From contig CBDIIB010000004.1 of NCBI GenBank assembly GCA_965279525.1, positions 1,296,736-1,360,735 of the forward strand: a stretch of 64,000 bases of DNA. The letters are read 5' to 3'. Position numbers and translations under genes: made by a program. Positions 60,086-64,000 of the stretch are shown here, piece after piece. The notes under the pieces are model-generated. The model worked only from the letters and a program-made list of their open reading frames with translations, did no database searches and was not told the DNA's origin. The stretch's first letter is position 1. Each line of letters opens with the position of its first letter. The DNA comes from Tagaea sp. (GTDB taxonomy: Bacteria > Pseudomonadota > Alphaproteobacteria > CACIAM-22H2).

Positions 60086-61245
60086 CGCGTGGCTCCTTGC
60101 GCCGGTGCGGCCCCGCCGGCGGCGGGTGCCGGGCGGCGGGTCAGGTCGTTGAGCCCCAGGAACGGCACGATGCCCTGCTGGGCGCCGGTCGCCGACTGGT
60201 CGAGGATCACCTTCTGGTTCCCGCGCAGCATGGCTTCCATCGTCTCGAGATAGAGGCGCTGGCGCGTGACTTCCGGTGCGATGCGATAGGCTTCGAGGAG
60301 GGCGAGATAGCCCGCCACGTCGCCCTGCGCGCGGTTGACGACCTGCTGGCGGTAGCCTTCGGCCTCCTGCAGCAGGCGCTGCTGCTCGCCGCGTGCGCGC
60401 GGCACGATGTCGTTGCGGTAGGATTCCGCCTCGTTCTGGGCACGCTCGCGGTCGGCGCGCGCGCGCTGCACGTCGCGGAACGCATCGACCACCTGGGCCG
60501 GCGGATCGACGGCGCGAAGTTCGATGCGGCTGACCTGGACGCCCGACTGGTAGCTGTCGAGCATCGCCTGCATGAGCTGGCTGCCGCGTTCCTCGAGCTT
60601 GGCGCGGCCTTCGGTGAGCATGTCCTGGGCCGTCATCTGGCTTGCGGCCTCGCGCATGGCGCTTTCGGCCACCGCCTTCACGGTCGCTTCCTGCGAGGCG
60701 ATGTTGAACAGGAACAATCCTGCGTCGCGGATGCGCCAGAAAACGGTGTAGCGCACGTCGATGATGTTGGCGTCGCCCGTCAGCAGCAGCGCTTCCTCAG
60801 GGACCGGCCGTTCGCGGCCGCGCCCGTCGGGCGCGTCGCGGAATCCCACATTGAGCGTGTTGACCGCCGTGACCGACGGCGTCATCACGGATTCGATCGG
60901 CCACGGGATGTGATAGTTGAGACCGGGCTGCGCCGAGCGCACCCATTCGCCGAAACGCAGGATCACGCCCTGCTGGTCGGGACGCACGGTGTAGAAGCCG
61001 GTCGCGAGCCACAACGCGATGAGCGCGAGCAGGCCCAGCACGATGCCGCGTCCCGCACCCACGCCGCCGGGCAGGATCTGGCGAAGCCGGTCCTGGCCCT
61101 GCCGGATGATCTCTTCGAAATCGGGACCCTTGCCGCCGAACGGACCGCCGCCGCCAGGCCGGCCGCCCCACGGATTGGGCTTCTGGCCGCCGCCACCGCC
61201 GCCACCGCCCCAGGGACCGCCACCGCCACCTTGATTCCACGGCAT
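60082..61245 (-). CDS. hflK: FtsH modulator HflK
   Basis: MPWN Gly-rich N-terminus, LTGD.NI, RLYLETME. Confidence 0.95.
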   Translation of the reverse strand: MPWNQGGGGGPWGGGGGGGGQKPNPWGGRPGGGGPFGGKGPDFEEIIRQGQDRLRQILPGGVGAGRGIVLGLLALIALWLATGFYTVRPDQQGVILRFGEWVRSAQPGLNYHIPWPIESVMTPSVTAVNTLNVGFRDAPDGRGRERPVPEEALLLTGDANIIDVRYTVFWRIRDAGLFLFNIASQEATVKAVAESAMREAASQMTAQDMLTEGRAKLEERGSQLMQAMLDSYQSGVQVSRIELRAVDPPAQVVDAFRDVQRARADRERAQNEAESYRNDIVPRARGEQQRLLQEAEGYRQQVVNRAQGDVAGYLALLEAYRIAPEVTRQRLYLETMEAMLRGNQKVILDQSATGAQQGIVPFLGLNDLTRRPAPAAGGAAPAQGATR

Positions 61246-61310
61246 CGCTTTTACGTTCCTCTCGTCCGAACCGACATTCTCTGTGTTTGGCCTATCGGGG
61301 CCGCACGCCT

Positions 61311-61339
61311 ATATAAGCGGCGGCCCCGACGGGGCCAAG
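61311..61339 (-). promoter_or_regulatory. RpoH-like promoter for hflKC
   Basis: CTTG-N18-CTTATAT, matching the alphaproteobacterial sigma32 consensus. Confidence 0.5.
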
Positions 61340-61405
61340 CCTGCAAAGCTTCCCATGCCCCCGACATTTGGGGTGTAATTACCCCGAATCAAGACAGGAA
61401 ATCTC

Positions 61406-62548
61406 GTGAACGCCGCTCCGACCCCGACCGAAGCCCAGATTCTCGACGCTTTGAAGAAGATTCCCGACCCCGACCGGCGGCTCGACATCGTCGCGCTCGG
61501 CATGGTCCAGGGCCTCGTCGTCAAGGACGGGCACGTGATGTTCTCGCTCGAAATCGACGCCAAGCGCGGACCCCACATGGAGCCGCTGCGCAAGGCCGCC
61601 GAAAAGGCCGTCGAAGCGCTGCCCGGAATCCTCAGCGTCACCGCCGTGCTGACCGCGCAGAAGGCCGACCCGAAAGCTGCCCCGCCGCGCCAGGCCGGGA
61701 CCGGTCCCGCCGGCGGCCCCAACGCGGCCGGCGGCAAGATGCTCGTCCCCGGCGTGAAGGCGATCGTGGCGGTCGCCTCGGGCAAGGGCGGCGTGGGCAA
61801 GTCGACGACCGCGACGAACCTCGCCCTCGCGCTCGCCGTGCAGGGTCTGAAGGTCGGCATGATGGATGCCGACATCTACGGCCCCTCGCAGCCGCGCATG
61901 ATGGGCATCTCCGGCCGCCCGAATTCGCCCGACGGCAAGACTCTCACGCCCATGTCGAATTTCGGCGTGAAATGCATGTCGATGGGCTTCCTGGTGCCCG
62001 AGGACACGCCGATGATCTGGCGCGGGCCCATGGTGATGGGCGCACTCGAGCAGATGCTGCGCGACGTGGCGTGGGGCGAGCTCGACATCCTGGTGGTCGA
62101 CATGCCGCCGGGCACAGGCGACGCGCAGCTCACGATGTCGCAACGTGTGCCGCTCGCCGGTGCCGTCATCGTCTCGACGCCGCAGGACATCGCGTTGCTC
62201 GACGCGCGCAAGGGTCTCAACATGTTCCGCAAGGTCGACGTGCCGGTTCTCGGCATCATCGAGAACATGAGCTTCCACATCTGCTCGAACTGCGGCCACC
62301 GCGAGGAAATCTTCGGCCATGGCGGCGCCCGGCGCGAGGCCGAGAAGCTGGGTGTGGAGTTCCTGGGCGAAGTTCCGCTGCACATCGCCATCCGCGAGAC
62401 CTCCGACGCCGGCACGCCCATCGTGATGAGCCAGCCCGACGGCGAGCACGCCAAGGCCTACCGCGCCATCGCCGCAAAGATTTGGGCGAAGGTCGAAAAA
62501 GGTCTCGCCAGCGGGGCGACGGCGGGCCCGCGCATCGTCATCCAGTAG
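61406..62548 (+). CDS. apbC: Mrp/ApbC Fe-S cluster carrier ATPase
   Basis: N-terminal FeS-assembly domain, SGKGGVGKST, WRGPM, CSNC. Confidence 0.95.
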   Translation: MNAAPTPTEAQILDALKKIPDPDRRLDIVALGMVQGLVVKDGHVMFSLEIDAKRGPHMEPLRKAAEKAVEALPGILSVTAVLTAQKADPKAAPPRQAGTGPAGGPNAAGGKMLVPGVKAIVAVASGKGGVGKSTTATNLALALAVQGLKVGMMDADIYGPSQPRMMGISGRPNSPDGKTLTPMSNFGVKCMSMGFLVPEDTPMIWRGPMVMGALEQMLRDVAWGELDILVVDMPPGTGDAQLTMSQRVPLAGAVIVSTPQDIALLDARKGLNMFRKVDVPVLGIIENMSFHICSNCGHREEIFGHGGARREAEKLGVEFLGEVPLHIAIRETSDAGTPIVMSQPDGEHAKAYRAIAAKIWAKVEKGLASGATAGPRIVIQ

Positions 62549-62614
62549 TTCGACGAACGCCTCCGGCTTGGGTAGACTCCACGTTCAACGAGTCGAGTCG
62601 GGATCCCCTTGCCC

Positions 62615-63367
62615 ATGGCGCTGCGCCCGTCCACGAAGTTCGCTTTCGCATTCGCTGCTCTCGGTGCGCTGACGGCCTGCGCGGACCTGACCGGGTCGCG
62701 CCCGGCGGTGACGGTGCTTCCGCCGCCGCCCGCACCGCCCTCGCTGTCCCAGCCGGCCGCCCCGCCCCCGCAGATGGCGCCCATGCAGGCGCCGGCCCCG
62801 GCCGCCGCACCGGCGGTGCGTGCCGCCAACGGCGCGCTTGCCGGGCACCTCGCCTCGTACCGCACGGCCGAAAGCGCGCAGGCTGGCTGGCAGCAGCTCG
62901 TGCGCGCCCAGCCCGCCCTCCAGACGCTCAAGCCTTATTACGTCGCCGCCACGATCAACGGCCAGCCTTGGGTGCGCGTGCTGGCGGGCGATTTCCCGAA
63001 CGCCGAAGAGGTCAACCGCTTCTGCAACTGGGCGCGCGCACAGCGCCTCTACTGCGTGCCGATGACGATCAATTCGGCCGGCCAGGCGATGCCGGCCGCG
63101 ACCGCCGCCCCGCGCCCGCAACGCCAGCCGCGCGGCACGCCGCAGCCGGCCGCACCGGCCGCCGCACCGGCGGCACCCGCCGGGCAATCCATGATGACAC
63201 CGGCCCAGCCGGCACCGCCGCCGGTCGCGGCAGCACCTGCCGCCGTGGCGCCGCCGCCGGCAGCACCCGCCCAGCAGGTCGCCAATCCCGCGATGCAGCC
63301 GCCCCAGCCCCTCGCCCCGCCGCTGCCCCCGCGCCGCCAGCCCAGCCAGCCGGCGCTGCCGCAATAA
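62615..63367 (+). CDS. SPOR-domain lipoprotein with Pro/Ala/Gln-rich arms
   Basis: Lipobox LTAC; HLASYR..A..GW..VRV..G.F..C..C SPOR pattern. Confidence 0.75.
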   Translation: MALRPSTKFAFAFAALGALTACADLTGSRPAVTVLPPPPAPPSLSQPAAPPPQMAPMQAPAPAAAPAVRAANGALAGHLASYRTAESAQAGWQQLVRAQPALQTLKPYYVAATINGQPWVRVLAGDFPNAEEVNRFCNWARAQRLYCVPMTINSAGQAMPAATAAPRPQRQPRGTPQPAAPAAAPAAPAGQSMMTPAQPAPPPVAAAPAAVAPPPAAPAQQVANPAMQPPQPLAPPLPPRRQPSQPALPQ

Positions 63368-63368
63368 T

Positions 63369-63998
63369 TCAGCGTCCCAGCGTTTCCATAAGCTCCGTCC
63401 ACTCGCGCTTCGAGAGGCCGGATTTTTCCTGGGTCACGTTCTCGCCGGCGAGCAGGCGCTTGATCACGCCAAGACCGGGGCCGGAGACCGACACGCCCGA
63501 CATGCGGTAGTCCTCGAACGCCTCGTGCGCGATCGGACACCAGCGCTTGACCACGTCGCGGATCGCGTCGGCATAGACGCGGATCTCGTACTGCGCGTGG
63601 GCGTCGGCGCGCAGGCTGAGGAAGTGGAAGAGGTTGTTGAGGTCGATCTTCCAGTACCACTGCGTATACCAGTTGGTCGGCAGAACCATGCGCGCGAGCT
63701 CGCGCGCGAGGCCCGGACGGGTGGCATCCGCCCCCTCGCCCTCGTTGAGCAGGTCGGTGTAGGCGGCATACGCATCCGACGACAGCTTCTCGATCGCCGA
63801 AAGTGCCCGCTCGGCATTGCTGCCTTCGAGCAGGTCGCCGCGGCCCTGGCGGTTGGACGTCGACTGCGCGGCAAGCTGGTCGGCCGCCGGGACGTAGAAC
63901 TCGCGGTCGAGGATCGAATAGCGCGCCGAATATTCGTTCACGTTGGCCGTGCGGTGGCGAATCCACTGGCGCGCGACGAAGATGGGCAGCTTCACGTG
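63369..63998 (-). CDS. thyX: FAD-dependent thymidylate synthase (5' truncated by window edge)
   Basis: ARQWIRHR..NEYSARY, ELAR..LP, LR..HAQYEIR. Confidence 0.95.
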   Translation of the reverse strand, partial: HVKLPIFVARQWIRHRTANVNEYSARYSILDREFYVPAADQLAAQSTSNRQGRGDLLEGSNAERALSAIEKLSSDAYAAYTDLLNEGEGADATRPGLARELARMVLPTNWYTQWYWKIDLNNLFHFLSLRADAHAQYEIRVYADAIRDVVKRWCPIAHEAFEDYRMSGVSVSGPGLGVIKRLLAGENVTQEKSGLSKREWTELMETLGR

Positions 63999-64000
63999 CA

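Noticed and set aside
61140-61235. CCG/CCA tandem repeats
   Set aside because: They encode the normal Gly-rich N-terminus of HflK.
60097-63510. 1137-aa plus-strand ORF
   Set aside because: Arg/Ala-rich shadow frame over hflK, apbC and the SPOR gene; expected in high-GC DNA.

Overview
GC-rich alphaproteobacterial chromosomal segment (Rhodospirillales-like by gene content; inference) in two parts. (1) 1-45440 is an accessory catabolic region downstream of the 3' end of a tRNA-Lys(CTT) gene. It holds two NitT/TauT-type ABC systems, three carbohydrate (CUT1) ABC systems with no ATPase gene, four apparently cytoplasmic Cys-type sulfatases, and a non-phosphorylative sugar-oxidation toolkit (RhaM-type mutarotase, two aldo/keto dehydrogenases, three lactonase-type hydrolases, a split and motif-divergent UxaA/SuyAB-type lyase, an enolase-superfamily dehydratase, two YihU-like reductases, a GMC oxidoreductase and two SDRs). 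It also has four regulators with candidate operators and an ArsS-like radical SAM + TIGR04282/TIGR04283-type transferase cassette. A degenerate copy of the tRNA 3' half at 38103-38141 delimits a 7.3-kb integrase-less islet. (2) 45441-64000 is core genome: tRNA-Lys, mrdA-mreDCB (no rodA), a DnaA-box/GANTC-rich intergenic region, a cupin gene flanked by 42-bp direct repeats, ilvC-ilvH-ilvB, miaA, serB, ubiX, degP-like, hflC-hflK, mrp/apbC, a SPOR lipoprotein and partial thyX. No integrase, transposase, CRISPR array or rRNA was seen. Product calls rest on recalled family motifs, not database searches.
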